In this document: in pieces, positions 1 to 12,200 of the stretch
Position numbering within the stretch: position 1 is the stretch's first letter
How the letters are laid out: each line of letters opens with the position of its first letter
DNA from: Eledone cirrhosa
Lineage: Eukaryota
Length of the DNA: 64,000 nt
Direction: 5' to 3'
Assembly: GCA_964016885.1 (NCBI GenBank)
Contig: OZ024753.1
Coordinates: 24,242,001-24,306,000 of the forward strand
Position numbers and translations under genes: made by a program
Notes under the pieces: model-generated
The model's input: the letters and a program-made list of their open reading frames with translations, nothing else
Database searches by the model: none
Told to the model about the DNA's origin: nothing

Positions 1-349
1 TCAATTAAACACTTTAATGCTTCCCCTTTGTAATGTTTTCGAATATCAACCAATTTGAAATGATTGTATAAATTACACACAATATCATAGTGATCATTAA
101 TTTTATTTATAGATGTTAAAGAGCGCTTGACAACTAAAGCCATTTTGTGACAAAAACAGTGAATATATACCACTTCCCGACCAACTTTTTCATTCAATAA
201 TTATTGTAAACCATCAGGATAACCAGCCATAACATAAAATACAAGTCAAACCGTATAATATTGTGATATTGTCTCATATAGGCTTATTCTGTGTCATTAA
301 TGTTTTATTTTGCCTTTATCTGTTGTGTTAATTTTTAAAAATAAAATCT

Positions 350-432
350 TGTTTGATGGGGATGCCAAAACTAAATGTGCTTTTGATAGGGGATGCCGGG
401 CATCCCCTGGCATCCCCTTGGCTACGGGCCTG
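350..432. mobile_element. Probable terminus of a non-autonomous DNA transposon (hAT-like end); other end not identified
   Basis: GC-rich island ending GGCTACGGGCCTG (reverse complement CAGGCCCGTAGCC). Subterminal GGGGATGCC x2 (358-366, 389-397) and its inverse GGCATCCCC x2 (399-407, 409-417). Directly abuts the LINE fragment at 433. Confidence 0.35.
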
Positions 433-598
433 CTCCATATAGCAAGATTGGTTGAATTGTTACTTGGAAGAGTCTGATCTTGGTGTGGTTGGAAAGAGCA
501 TCAAACTCGATCTTGTTGCAAGCTGACTATGCTTGGGCCTTTCTGGTGGCAAAATCCTTCTCAGAGTTCAGGACCCAAGATACTTGAAATCCTCGACT
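433..598 (-). mobile_element. RTE-clade LINE fragment (post-RT region), degenerate
   Basis: Manual minus-strand translation gives VEDFKYLGS*, then a frameshift, then SEKDFATRKAQA*SACNKI...HTKIRLFQVTIQPILLYG. This fits the FKYLGS...LLYG segment of RTE ORF2 with stops and a frameshift. Confidence 0.7.
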
Positions 599-855
599 AT
601 TATATCTATTAAACTCCCATTAACACATACACACGTATGTAATATATACACACATAATAATACACATACATAATACACTCATACATGTATAATATATACA
701 CATAATAATACACACACACACACGTATTTTCCAACTTTTCCATTATCAAATTCACTGTTGTGTTAACTATGCTGCATCTTCCAAACTATGGCAATCTATC
801 TATTACATCTATTAAACTCCCATTTAACACACAAACACACACACACACACATACA
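599..855. repeat. (CA)n/(TA)n-rich microsatellite patch with a ~27-bp direct repeat
   Basis: CA/TA runs at 625-725 and 827-855. ATTA(T/C)ATCTATTAAACTCCCATT occurs at ~599 and ~802. Confidence 0.7.
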
Positions 856-898
856 GAGAGGATAAACTCTGGTTTAGTGTGCCTCTATGATCGAGATT

Positions 899-1093
899 TA
901 CCATATATACTCAAATATAAGCTGACCCCAGAATTTTATGTTTGAGAAATGGGCAAAAATCCAAACCTTGTTTATAGATAATTGGAAATTGGTGAAAATC
1001 GTCAAAATATTGAGCTTGAATATAAGCTGACTCCTTTCTACCATCGATTTTTTGGTCACATATTCCTCGACTTATATTCAAGTATATATGGTA
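899..1093. mobile_element. Tc1/mariner superfamily (Tc2/pogo-like) MITE, 191 bp plus TA target-site duplication
   Basis: Left end TA|CCATATATACTCAAATATAAG. Right end CTTATATTCAAGTATATATGG|TA (reverse complement CCATATATACTTGAATATAAG). TATAAGCTGAC is repeated at 916 and 1021. No coding capacity. Confidence 0.75.
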
Positions 1094-1839
1094 CTTTTAA
1101 AAATATAGCACAATTTCTCTGATTGCAAACATAATTGTTAACTTGTGGACTATTTGTTTAATAACATTTCAGATAATAATTGTGCATTCTTGTTTCCCAT
1201 TATGTAACGATTGGTACACATCTAGCATAGCCTTAAGTCTTTTCATTCTTTGCATTCTTTTAATTCTAGCAGTTGGTTTATAGATTGATGCTTTCGTTAT
1301 ATATTTCTCTAGGTTGTGTATACATTTAAAATATAAAGGAAACAAGTGCGATACACTATATACAAAGAAGAGAGTAGAAGTTGTTAGGAATGGAATGAAG
1401 TGGTTTATTATTGAGAATGAGTTAATCAGGCTAGTGAGGACAGCAGGAAAAGAACTATCATTTTTTTCATGACTGTTGAAGGAGCACTTTATGCAAAGTC
1501 ATTATTTTTATTTACAAATTTTGAAATATTTTAGTAGTGATATGAGAGATACATCAAACATGTAGAAACCACTAAACAAACCAAAATAGATCACACCAAT
1601 AACAAAAACTGTGTAAATAAACACCTAATGATTTTATCTTAAACAAGGTGAAAAACAACACAGAGAAAAACTAACATAGACATTCCCTTCGATGCTGGTT
1701 AGAGGGAAAACATTAATATGATTATATTATATTATAGTATATGTGTTGTAAATGTATGTAGAACCAAATTATATATACGTTGTTAGTGCATAATTCTGTG
1801 AAAGAATATATTTATTTTAAGGAAAACATTGGCAGGAAG

Positions 1840-2110
1840 AAGCTTGGAAAATGTGATTCTGAACAAGCTGTAAACAGGAAAAATATTGGTTGCTCTTTGA
1901 TAGGTTTGCAGTCAAGCCCATGACAGTGGAGACTTCTGGTGTCCTTGGTCCTTGGGCCACACTCCTGCTCACTGCCATCAACACAGTGTTGGCTATCCAC
2001 AGGTGTGAGCCTTGCGAGCTAGAATGGCTCTTCCAGTACGTCTCCCTCACCATCCTCCATGGAAATGTCTTCTCCATTCTGTCCACCAGAGGCATGGGGC
2101 GGCCAGCACA
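1840..2110 (+). mobile_element. Remnant of a CRE-like non-LTR retrotransposon (C-terminal restriction-like endonuclease region)
   Basis: ORF 1890-2171 plus upstream codons reads KYWLLFDRFAVKPMTVETSGVLGP...EPCELEWLFQYVSLTILHGNVFSIL. This matches the pattern KY..F.PIAVETxGxxGP...FQRISxAIQRGNAxSIL, recalled from CRE-clade elements. Confidence 0.6.
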
Positions 2111-2464
2111 TGGGCCCCAGTTTCCTCATAATAGTGAGATATGGGGAGAACAGGAGAGTCAGAGGCAGTGACAGTGGGAGTTTGGTTGTTTTGTGTTGGG
2201 ACCTTGAGGTTGTGTATATGTTTCACGAAGAAAGATTAAAGTCACTGAATTGAGCTTTAAGTTTCCTTTTATAACTTTTCCCAATATGTGGGAGAAAGGT
2301 TAAGTAGCCATATTGCCTGATGTGGTGATGATGAACATACAGCATAGCTAGGCTTCTTGTGCTTTGTAGAATGAATAGAATAATTGACAGTTTTTCTTAT
2401 TGAAATAAATGTGTACCTTCAAATGGTATTTACCTTTCACTAATCTGGAATGATTGTATTTGTT

Positions 2465-2540
2465 TTAGCTCTCTGTACTCTGAGTTCAAACCCTTGGTCA
2501 ACTTTGCCTTCCTTTCTATATAGATAAATCACCAGTGAAG
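2465..2540 (+). mobile_element. Degenerate SINE remnant
   Basis: GAGTTCAAA (B-box-like) followed by GTCAACTTTGCCTT...GATAAA...ACCAGT, paralleling the copy at 2640-2742. Confidence 0.35.
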
Positions 2541-2639
2541 GGTAGATATAGCATACATGGGAACAGTCATGGTTCATGATTGCTTACATTTGCATTGCTG
2601 CTGCTATGTAAGTAGTAGTCGTACTTGCGTGTATAGTTA

Positions 2640-2742
2640 TGTCCCTTTAAGTTCAAATCCTACTGTGGATAGCTTTGCCGTTCATCCTTACAGGGTTGAT
2701 AAAATGAAGTACCAGTAATGCACTGGGTTTGATTTAATCAAC
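2640..2742 (+). mobile_element. tRNA-derived SINE remnant (octopus-type)
   Basis: GTTCAAATCC (B-box-like), then CTTTGCCGTTCATCCTTACAGGGTTGATAAAATGAAGTACCAGTAATGCACTGGG. Resembles an abundant octopus SINE from memory; not database-verified. Confidence 0.55.
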
Positions 2743-3592
2743 TTCTTCTTCCTATTTGCCCATTTAATCCTGGAAATGATGTGGAGGCAGTCCTCAAACA
2801 CTCCTTCCATCAGGTCCTGTCAGAAGTAGCCATCTCCAACTGACCAGGCTGGACCCTCCAAGCAAGTCCAGCCAAGCTCATGGATGTTATCCATCCAAGC
2901 TCATGGATGTTATCCATCCATCTTGCTTAAGGTCTATCTCTGGGTCTCCTGTCGGCTGGTTTTGCCCGTAAAATCTGTCCAGCAATTCGTTCCTGAGACA
3001 TTTTAACCTCATACTCAAAGTATTGGTGCTGAGATCTCTCAATTCGGAGAAGTAGTGGCTCTACCTGGAGTAACTCTCTGATTTCCAAGCTACACACTCT
3101 ATTGAGTAACATTACTTCAAAGACCCTGCAAAGGAACCCCATTTCAGCAGCTTGTATTCATAATCATACTTTTTCAATCATTATCCAATATTTATGACCA
3201 TAGATAAGGGTTGGCACGAAAACAAAATTGAAGAGAGCAAGTTTGGCTTTTACACCCACCTCCCTTCTTCTGATTACTGAATGCTGCAGCTGGTGCATTA
3301 CTGCACCAGTTCCTGCAATTCTTGCACTTAATTCAGCCTCCTGCCTTCAATCATTTGTGAACATGGCTCCAAGATACTTGAACTTCTCTAATTGCTTCAG
3401 TGGAACTCCATTTACATCTTCCAGTCATGCAGCACTCATCATCAAACCTATCGAGTGCAAGCCGAAGATCACCTTCTGTCGAGTTAAGTAACACCATGTC
3501 ATCTGCAAATTCTAGTTGACTGATTTTACCCCTGCCAGTCATGATACCACCTCTAACCCGGCTGCACATGTCAATCCTGTTCATGTAAATAT
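2742..3592 (-). mobile_element. 5'-truncated RTE-clade (Expander-like) LINE, pseudogenised
   Basis: RT catalytic motif LEFADDMVLL (ORF 3351-3584). After a frameshift: VNGVPLKQLEKFKYLGAMFTND*...VPTLIYGHKYW...IQAAEMGFLCR...EPLLLRIERSQ...RRPRDRP. Ends in a short (GAA)3 tail at 2742-2750, typical of RTE 3' microsatellite tails. Confidence 0.85.
2872..2920. repeat. 23-bp perfect tandem duplication inside the LINE 3' region
   Basis: CCAAGCTCATGGATGTTATCCAT occurs at 2872-2894 and 2895-2917. Confidence 0.9.
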
Positions 3593-3829
3593 TGTTGGCT
3601 TTGTCCCTAAATCAAAAATACATTTATATATACACACACAAACATATATATGTGTTTGGGTGTGTGTACATGCTCCCACATAAGAGTATAGGGGAATGAG
3701 ATGTGCTCAAAGACATACTTGCTCATAGTTGAAATAAAAGAATTTTCTTTACTTTCTTCTATGTTGGTATTAGCTCTTTGCCTTAAAAAAATACACTTAA
3801 CAATTTCATGTATTGCCAAACTCTATAGA

Positions 3830-4028
3830 ATAAATAAGTTAAAAAGTTCATAGCCTGACCAAAATACTCTCATGGAATGACCAAATGAGGTTTATTTTTC
3901 AACATAGTACCTAGGAAGAAACAATGCAGTTATTAATAAGAAGAGTTGAAATTAATGCATGCAAGATTTCACAGCTCTAGCATCACTTCTTCATAGTCAG
4001 CCTACAAACTTTTCAGTTGACCCTCATA
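3830..4028. mobile_element. Internally deleted mariner-like element
   Basis: Left AAAAGTTCATAGCCTGAC is an imperfect inverted repeat of right GTCAGCCTACAAACTTTTCAGTTGACCCTCATA. The right end reads TATGAGGGTC on the minus strand, similar to mariner TACGAGGG termini. Confidence 0.55.
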
Positions 4029-4125
4029 CATCTAGAGTTTGAGAAGTTGGCTTGTGAGAGGAATGGGCTGAGTATAATCTGATAGCCATGCAATGTCAGA
4101 CTCCACCTAAGACAATGAATAGGAA

Positions 4126-4343
4126 TTAACCATTCCATTGCCATATTTAGAATTAAATACACTGTATTTTAATTAATTAAGAATATGGAGGGATTTTTAA
4201 GATAGTATTTGTAATGTAAATTAAAAGATTCTTTTGTTATATTATGTTGGAAGATTTTAATTTAAATAGGAATCCTTTAAATGGAGGGCTTTGTTTCATG
4301 GAACCAAAGCCTATTTTGACCAGGTTGATAGCAAAAGAGTTAA
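4126..4343. mobile_element. TTAA-flanked (piggyBac-like) MITE, copy 1
   Basis: TTAA|CCATT...AAAAGAG|TTAA. Shares internal blocks TTTTAATTAATTAA, ATGTTGGAAGAT and TTTCATRGAACCARAGC with 4557-4777. Confidence 0.55.
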
Positions 4344-4556
4344 ATTTGTGAATTGACACCAATCTTGACTAAAAGAAAGTCAGGTCTTAAGCTAAGAGAA
4401 ATTGATATAATCTGATGGTATCGAGATTTTGTATTTGAATTTCTCAGATGATTTATTGTGATAATTTAAACTTTTCTAAACTATTGATTTCATTTGTGTC
4501 ACTTTTCTGTCTTATATGATGAATTTTCAGGTGCTTCATTCTTAGCAACTTGTGTG

Positions 4557-4777
4557 TTAACCCTTTCATGACTGCATTTCTAATGAAATTAACTCTATTT
4601 TAATTAATTAATGAAGAATTTTTAGGGATTCATTATTTAATTACTGAGATAACTTAATGTAAGGTTCTTATATAAAATGTTGGAAGATATTAATTCAAAT
4701 TGAAAACATTTAAATTGGGTGGTTTTATTTCATAGAACCAGAGCTGGCTTTGGGTGGGTTGGTAACAAAACTGTTAA
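4557..4777. mobile_element. TTAA-flanked (piggyBac-like) MITE, copy 2
   Basis: TTAA|CCCTTTCATGAC...GGTAACAAAACTG|TTAA. Same length (~220 bp), orientation and internal blocks as copy 1. Confidence 0.6.
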
Positions 4778-5014
4778 ACAGAAATGTTATGTGTAATTCG
4801 GGATATCAATGGCTTTTAACATTAAGGTACGTTAAGATATTGATGATAAAAAGGCTGTAAATCTAGATTATAAAGAAAGGATCTGGTAATTTTAAATACA
4901 TTCAACTGCATGTAGGTAAAATTTTGAGGGTTTCAAATGTATACAGTTCTGTTTGAACAAAGTATGGCATAGCCAACTGGCCAGATTTGTTTCATGACGT
5001 AGACGACCCTTTAA

Positions 5015-5070
5015 CACATGCAAGCATGGATAAATAGACGTTAAACAGTGGTGATGTTGACGATGACGAA
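5015..5070 (+). mobile_element. 3' tail remnant of a SINE/LINE with decayed (GAT)n end
   Basis: CATGCAAGCATGGATAAATAGACGTTAAAC followed by GGTGATGTTGACGATGACG. Resembles a common octopus retroposon tail (recall only). Confidence 0.35.
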
Positions 5071-5689
5071 ACACCTTTAAATCAATAACTAGTAATATGA
5101 AAATCAAAATGTTAAAAAATGAATCACTCAATACAAGTATCTATGTATAACTGAATTTAATAGAAATTGTAAAATCAAGGAGAGAACAAATTAGAAAAAA
5201 GAAATATAATATGGAAAAGTCAGAAGTAATAAGAGAAATAAGATTATTAAATACACTATATAATTGGAAATACAATGAAGAGCATGGGCAGGAAAACAAA
5301 AATCCTGTTGCTTTCACGTAGATTTATCAAGAGAAAGGGAGTATAATAGAGAAATTATAGGAAGGTAACTAGAGGGGGTCTAGAAAAATGCCAAGAAACA
5401 GGCATGTGTATACTGATTACTATAATAGAAGAAGAATATAAAAAAAGGAAAGAGAAAAAATCTTTTCCCTGTGTTCTAGTATTTCTTCATATATAATCTA
5501 GAAGCTAATTGCTCCAAGAGAAAAAAAAATATGTGGGTAAGAATAAAATTATAGAAAAATAAAGGAGAATAAAAATGAAATTGAAAAGAATGCTAATGAT
5601 AAAAAGCAAGTAAAACTTCTCTGACAGTATTCTGCAAGACTGGACACAGACGAAAAGTGTGTCTGTATAAGAGCCAACTGTGACAAAAG

Positions 5690-5930
5690 CTCTTGAGTGA
5701 AGGCAGAAATGGAAGCTATGATTTTAGCTGCATAAAATCAATATCTAGCTATATACAAAGAACTAAACCAAAATTAAAATAAAACAAAAATCTAATGTGA
5801 ACAGCAGACTATGTAATCAATGTAAAGAAATAATCAATCACCTCATTTCCGGCTGCCTAGTCCTAGCTGGAACATAATATATCCACATACACAGATAAGT
5901 AGAAAACTATCTACTTGATAATATACAAAT
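5690..5930 (+). mobile_element. Remnant of an R4/Dong-like non-LTR retrotransposon (zinc-knuckle region)
   Basis: From 5700: KAEMEAMILAA*NQYLA. From 5803: SRLCNQCKEIINHLISGCLVLAGT*YIHIH. Matches the K.ETE..I.AAQDQ.L and CRLC....E...H..SGC..LA...Y..RHD motifs of restriction-like-endonuclease LINEs, with stops. Confidence 0.65.
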
Positions 5931-6504
5931 ACTCCCTCCCTCACCAAAATCTAATATAAATGGTACAAAGATCTTTGAAATCTGCTTCTCCAAGCAAAGA
6001 AGTGGATCAAAACAAACTAACATGAAAATATTAAAAACAGAAAGGTATACTTAGGGAATATGATAAACATCATTGTTCAAAAGGAGACAGAAATACTATA
6101 ACAATATAAGGAATTGAATTAAATGTAGTGGTACTTAGGGAAATTTTCAAGCTAAGATTTTTCATGAATTTGTCCATAGTTCTGGTGTGTGTGCTTTGTT
6201 GATGGGAAAGCTATAATCCTTATAAAAGCATTTTTTGACAAATGGGAATTCATTTTTTTAGTCTGTCTAATGATTATAGGCAGTCCTAATTGCCTACCTC
6301 ATTAGAGACGTGAACATACATGTCAGTGGTATGATGGAAAAGTGTTTGATCCATGTATTTCCTTAAACAATATGAACACTTTTATTGGTGTGTGTGTAGT
6401 ATGATTCCATTTTTCTTTCTTCGAAATTGAGGGGAATTGAATTTTACATGTAATTATTGATTTTAGAAGTCTGCATGTACTGCCAGATGCATCTCATATA
6501 TATG

Positions 6505-6650
6505 GTATCGAATCCACCCCAGTACTAGACTGATACAAGACTGATTTACATCGCAAAGTTGACTTTGGCATGATTTAAAGCCAGAGAGCAGAACCAATAC
6601 CACAGAGTATTCTATCCAACGTTCTAACAACACTGCCAATTCATCCCCTC
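6505..6650 (-). mobile_element. Degenerate SINE, reverse orientation
   Basis: CCCCAGTACTAGACTGATAC...GCAAAGTTGACTTTGGCATGATTTAAA is an approximate reverse complement of the SINE at 2465-2540 and 2640-2742. Confidence 0.5.
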
Positions 6651-7529
6651 ACATGTTTATGTTGCTCAAAAATAAACCAAAGACCTTTACTTTCTGACAA
6701 ACCTTCGTTTTACTCTATTGTATATTGTATTAATATTGATTTCTATGTTCTACTTTGATCTTCAGATCAAATATGGAAGTGTTGAGGATTTCTTTTATCT
6801 GACGTTCAAACGTTTCTGCCATTGTGTTGGAATACTGAAATATACTAACAATGTTATGCTGTACTACATAATATATCTATGAGTAACACTGTATGTAACA
6901 GACAGAGGACTAACACTGTATGTAACAGACAGAGGACTAACACTGTATGTAACAGATAGAGGACTAACACTGTATGTAACAGACAGCAGACTAACACTGT
7001 ATGTAACAGACAGAGGACAAACACCGTGTGTAACAGACAGAGGACTAACACCGTGTGTAACAGACAGAGGACTAACACTGTATGTAACAGACAGAGGACT
7101 AACACTGTATGTAACAGATAGAGGACTAACACTGTATGTAACAGACAGCAGACTAACACTATATGTAACAGACAGAGGACAAACACCGTGTGTAACAGAC
7201 AGAGGACTAACACTGTATGTAACAGACAGAGGACTAACACTGTATGTAACAGACAGAGGACTAACACTGTATGTAGCAGGCAGAGGACTAACACTGTATG
7301 TAACAGACAGAGGACTAACACTGTATGTAACAGGCAGAGAACTAACACTGTATGTAACAGACAGAGGACTAACACTGTATGTAACAGACAGAGGACTAAC
7401 AATGTATGTAACAGACAGAGGACTAACACTGTATGTAACAGACAGATGACTAACAATGTATGTAACAGACATAGGACTAACACTGTATGTAACAGATAGA
7501 GGACAAACACCGTGTGTAACAGACAGAGG

Positions 7530-9200
7530 ACTAACACTGTATGTAACAGACAGAGGACTAACACTGTATGTAACAGACAGAGGACTAACACTGTATGTAA
7601 CAGACAGAGGACTAACACTGTATGTAACAGACAGAGGACTAACACTGTATGTAGCAGGCAGAGGACTAACACTGTATGTAACAGAGAGAGGACTAACACT
7701 GTATGTAACAGGCGGAGGACTAACACTGTATGTAACAGGCGGAGGACTAACACTGTATGTAACAGACAGAGGACTAACACTGTATGTAACAGATAGAGGA
7801 CTAACACTGTATGTAACAGACAGCAGACTAACACTGTATGTAACAGACAGAGGACAAACACCATATGTAACAGACAGAGGACTAACACTGTATGTAACAG
7901 GCGGAGAACTAACACTGTATGTAACAGACAGAGGACTAACACTGTATGTAACAGACAGAGGATTAACACTGTATGTAACAGACAGAGGACTAACACTGTA
8001 TGTAACAGGCAGCAGACTAACACTATATGGAACAGACAGAGGACAAACACCGTATGTAACAGACAGAGGACTAACATTGTATGTAACAGACACAGGACTA
8101 ACGCTGTATGTAACAGAGAGGGGACTAGCACTGTATGTAACAGACAGAGGACTAACACTGTATGTAACAGACAGAGGACTAACACTGTATGTAACAGACA
8201 GAGGACTAACATTGCATGTAACAGACAGAGTACTAACATTGTATTAACAGACAGAGGACTAACACTGTATGTAACAGACAGAGGACTAACATTGTATGTA
8301 ACATATAGAGGACTAACATTGCATGTAACAGACACAGGACTAACACTGTATGTAACTGACAGAGGGTTGACACTGTATGTAACAGACAGAGGACTAACAC
8401 TGTATGTAACAGACAGAGGACTAACACTGTATGTAACAGACAGAGGACTAACACTGTATGTAACAGACAGAGGACTAACACTGTATGTAGCAGGCAGAGG
8501 ACTAACACTGTATGTAACAGAGAGAGGACTAACACTGTATGTAACAGGCGGAGGACTAACACTGTATGTAACAGGCGGAGGACTAACACTGTATGTAACA
8601 GACAGAGGACTAACACTGTATGTAACAGATAGAGGACTAACACTGTATGTAACAGACAGCAGACTAACACTGTATGTAACAGACAGAGGACAAACACCAT
8701 ATGTAACAGACAGAGGACTAACACTGTATGTAACAGGCGGAGAACTAACACTGTATGTAACAGACAGAGGACTAACACTGTATGTAACAGACAGAGGATT
8801 AGCACTGTATGTAACAGACAGAGGACTAACACTGTATGTAACAGGCAGCAGACTAACACTATATGGAACAGACAGAGGACAAACACCGTATGTAACAGAC
8901 AGAGGACTAACATTGTATGTAACAGACACAGCACTAACGCTGTATGTAACAGAGAGGGGACTAGCACTGTATGTAACAGACAGAGGACTAACACTGTATG
9001 TAACAGACAGAGGACTAACACTGTATGTAACAGACAGAGGACTAACATTGCATGTAACAGACAGAGGACTAACATTGTATTAACAGACAGAGGACTAACA
9101 CTGTATGTAACAGACAGAGGACTAACACTGTATGTAACATATAGAGGACTAACATTGCATGTAACAGACACAGGACTAACACTGTATGTAACTGACAGAG
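7530..9200. repeat. Higher-order tandem duplication, 836-bp unit (31 monomers minus 1 bp)
   Basis: 1-bp-deleted monomer GTATTAAC at 8241 and 9077. The same variant order appears in ORFs 7456-8247 and 8292-9083. Boundaries approximate. Confidence 0.85.
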
Positions 9201-12200
9201 GGTTGACACTGTATGTAACAGACAGAGGACTAACATTGTATGTAACAGACAGAGGACTAACACTGTATGTAACAGACAGAGGACTAACATTGCATGTAAC
9301 AGACACAAGACTAACACTGTATGTAACTGACAGAGGGTTGACACTGTATGTAACAGACAGAGGACTAACACTGTATGTAACAGACAGAGGACTAACACTG
9401 TATGTAACAGACATACGACTAACACTGTATGTAACAGACAGAGGACTAACACTGTATGTAACAGACAGAGGACTAACACTATATGGAACAGACAGAGGAC
9501 AAACACCGTATGTAACAGACAGAGGACTAACATTGTATGTAACAGACAGAGGACTAACGCTGTATGTAACAGACAGAGGACTAACATTGCATGTAACAGA
9601 CACAGGACTAACACTGTATGTAACTGACAGAGGGTTGACACTGTATGTAACAGACAGAGGACTAACACTGTATGTAACAGAAAGAGGACTAACACTGTAT
9701 GTAACAGACAGAGGACTAACACCGTATGTAACAGACAGAGGACTAACACTGTATGTAACAGACAGCAGACTAACACTATATGGAACAGACAGAGGACAAA
9801 CACCGTATGTAACAGACAGAGGACTAACATTGTATGTAACAGACAGAGGACTAGCACTGTATGTAACAGACAGGGGACTAACACTGTATGTAACATACAG
9901 AGGACTAACACTGTATGTAACAGACACAGGACTAACATTGCATGTAACAGACACAGGGCTAACACTGTATGTAACTGACAGAGGGTTGACACTGTATGTA
10001 ACAGACAGAGGACTAACACTGTATGTAACAGACAGAGGACTAACACTGTATGTAACAGACAGAGGACTAACACTGTATGTAACTGACAGAGGGTTGACAC
10101 CGTATGTAACAGATAGAGGACTAACACCGTATGTAACAGACAGAGGACTAACACTGTATGTAACAGACAGAGGACTAACACTGTATGTAACATATAGAGG
10201 ACTAACACTGTATGTAACAGACAGAGGACTAACACTGTATGTAACAGGCAGAGGACTAACAGTGTATGTAACAGACAGAGGACTAACACTGTATGTAACA
10301 GACAGAGGACTAACACAGTATGTAAAAGACTGAGGACTAACACTGTATGTAAAAGACTGAGGACTAACACTGTATGTAACAGACAGAGGACTAACACTGT
10401 ATGTAACATACAGAGGACTAACACTGTATGTAACAGACAGAGGACTAACACTGTATGTAACAGATAGAGGACTAACACTGTATGTAACTGACAGGGTTGA
10501 CACCGTATGTAACAGATAGAGGACTAACACTGTATGTAACAGACAGAGGACTAACAATGTATGTAACAGACAGAGGACTAACACTGTATGTAACAGACAG
10601 AGGACTGACACTGTATGTAACAGACAGAGGACTAACACTGTATGTAAAAGACTGAGGACTAACACTGTATGTAAAAGACTGAGGACTAACACTGTATGTA
10701 ACAGACAGAGGACTAACACTGTATGTAACAGACGGAGGACTAACACTGTATGTAACAGACAGAGGACTAATAGTGTATGTAACAGACAGAGGACTAACAC
10801 TGTATGTAACAGATAGAGGACTAACACTGTATGTAACAGACAGATGCTTAACACTGTATGCAACAGACAAAGGATGAACACTGTATGTAACAGACAGAGG
10901 AGTAACACTGTATGTAACAGACAGGATAAACACTCTATGTAACAGACAGAGGACTAACATTGTATGCAACAGACAGAGGAGTAACACTGTATGCAACAGA
11001 CAGAGGACTAACACTGTATGTTGCAGACACAGGACTAACACTGTATGTAACAGACAGAGGACTAACACTGTATGTAACAGACAGAGGACTAACAGTGTGT
11101 GTAATAGACAGAAGGCTAACAATGTATGTAACAGACAGAGGACTAACACTGTATGTAACAGACAGAGGACTAAGACTGTATGTAACAGACAGAGGACTAA
11201 CACTGTATGTAACAGACAGAGGACTAACACTGTATGTAATAGACAGAGGAGTAACATTGTATGTAACAGACAGAGGATAAACACTGTATGTAAAATACAG
11301 AGGACTAACACTGTATGTAACAGACAGTGGACTAAAACTGTATGCAACAGACAGAGGATTAATACTGTATGTAACAGACAGAGGACTAACACTGTATGTA
11401 ACAGACAGAGGACTAACACTGTATGTAGCAGACAGAGGACTGACACTGTATGTAACAGACAGAGGACTAACACTGTATATAACAGACAGAAGGCTAACAC
11501 TGTATGTAACAGACAGAGGACTAACACTGTATGTAACAGACAGAGGACTAACACTGTATGTAACAGACAGAGGACTAACATTGTATGTAACAGACAGAGG
11601 ATTAACATTGTATGTAACAGGCAGAGGACTAACACTGTATGTAACAGACAGAGGACTAACACTGTATGTAACAGACAGAGGACTAACACTGTATGTAACA
11701 GACAGAGGACTGACACTGTATGTAACAGACAGAGGGTTAACACTGTATGCAACAGACAAAGGATTAACACTGTATGTAACAGACAGAGGACTAATACTGT
11801 ATGTAACACACAGAGGACTAACACTGTATGTAACAGACAGAGGACTAATACTGTATGTAACAGACAGAGGACTAACACTGTATGTAACAGACAGAGGACT
11901 AACACTGTATGTAACAGACAGAGGACTAACACTGTATGTAACAGACATAGGGTTAACACTGTATGTCATAGACACAGGACTAACACTGTATGTAACAGAC
12001 AGAGGACTAACATTGTATGTAACAGACAGAGGACTAACGCTGTATGTAACAGACAGAGGACTAACATTGCATGTAACAGACACAGGACTAACACTGTATG
12101 TAACTGACAGAGGGTTGACACTGTATGTAACAGACAGAGGACTAACACTGTATGTAACAGAAAGAGGACTAACACTGTATGTAACAGACAGAGGACTAAC

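Noticed and set aside
2640-2670. tRNA gene suggested by GTTCAAATCC
   Set aside because: No cloverleaf can be formed; it is the B-box-like part of a SINE remnant.
4495-4560. Possible splice acceptor TTTTCAG at 4530
   Set aside because: Followed within 30 bp by a MITE, with no convincing exon or donor site.
760-5131. Short flank ORFs (760-945, 1812-2000, 1817-2095, 2059-2253, 3228-3491, 3607-3819, 4892-5131) as host genes
   Set aside because: They run through microsatellites, MITEs or the antisense strand of LINE remnants and show no recognisable domains.
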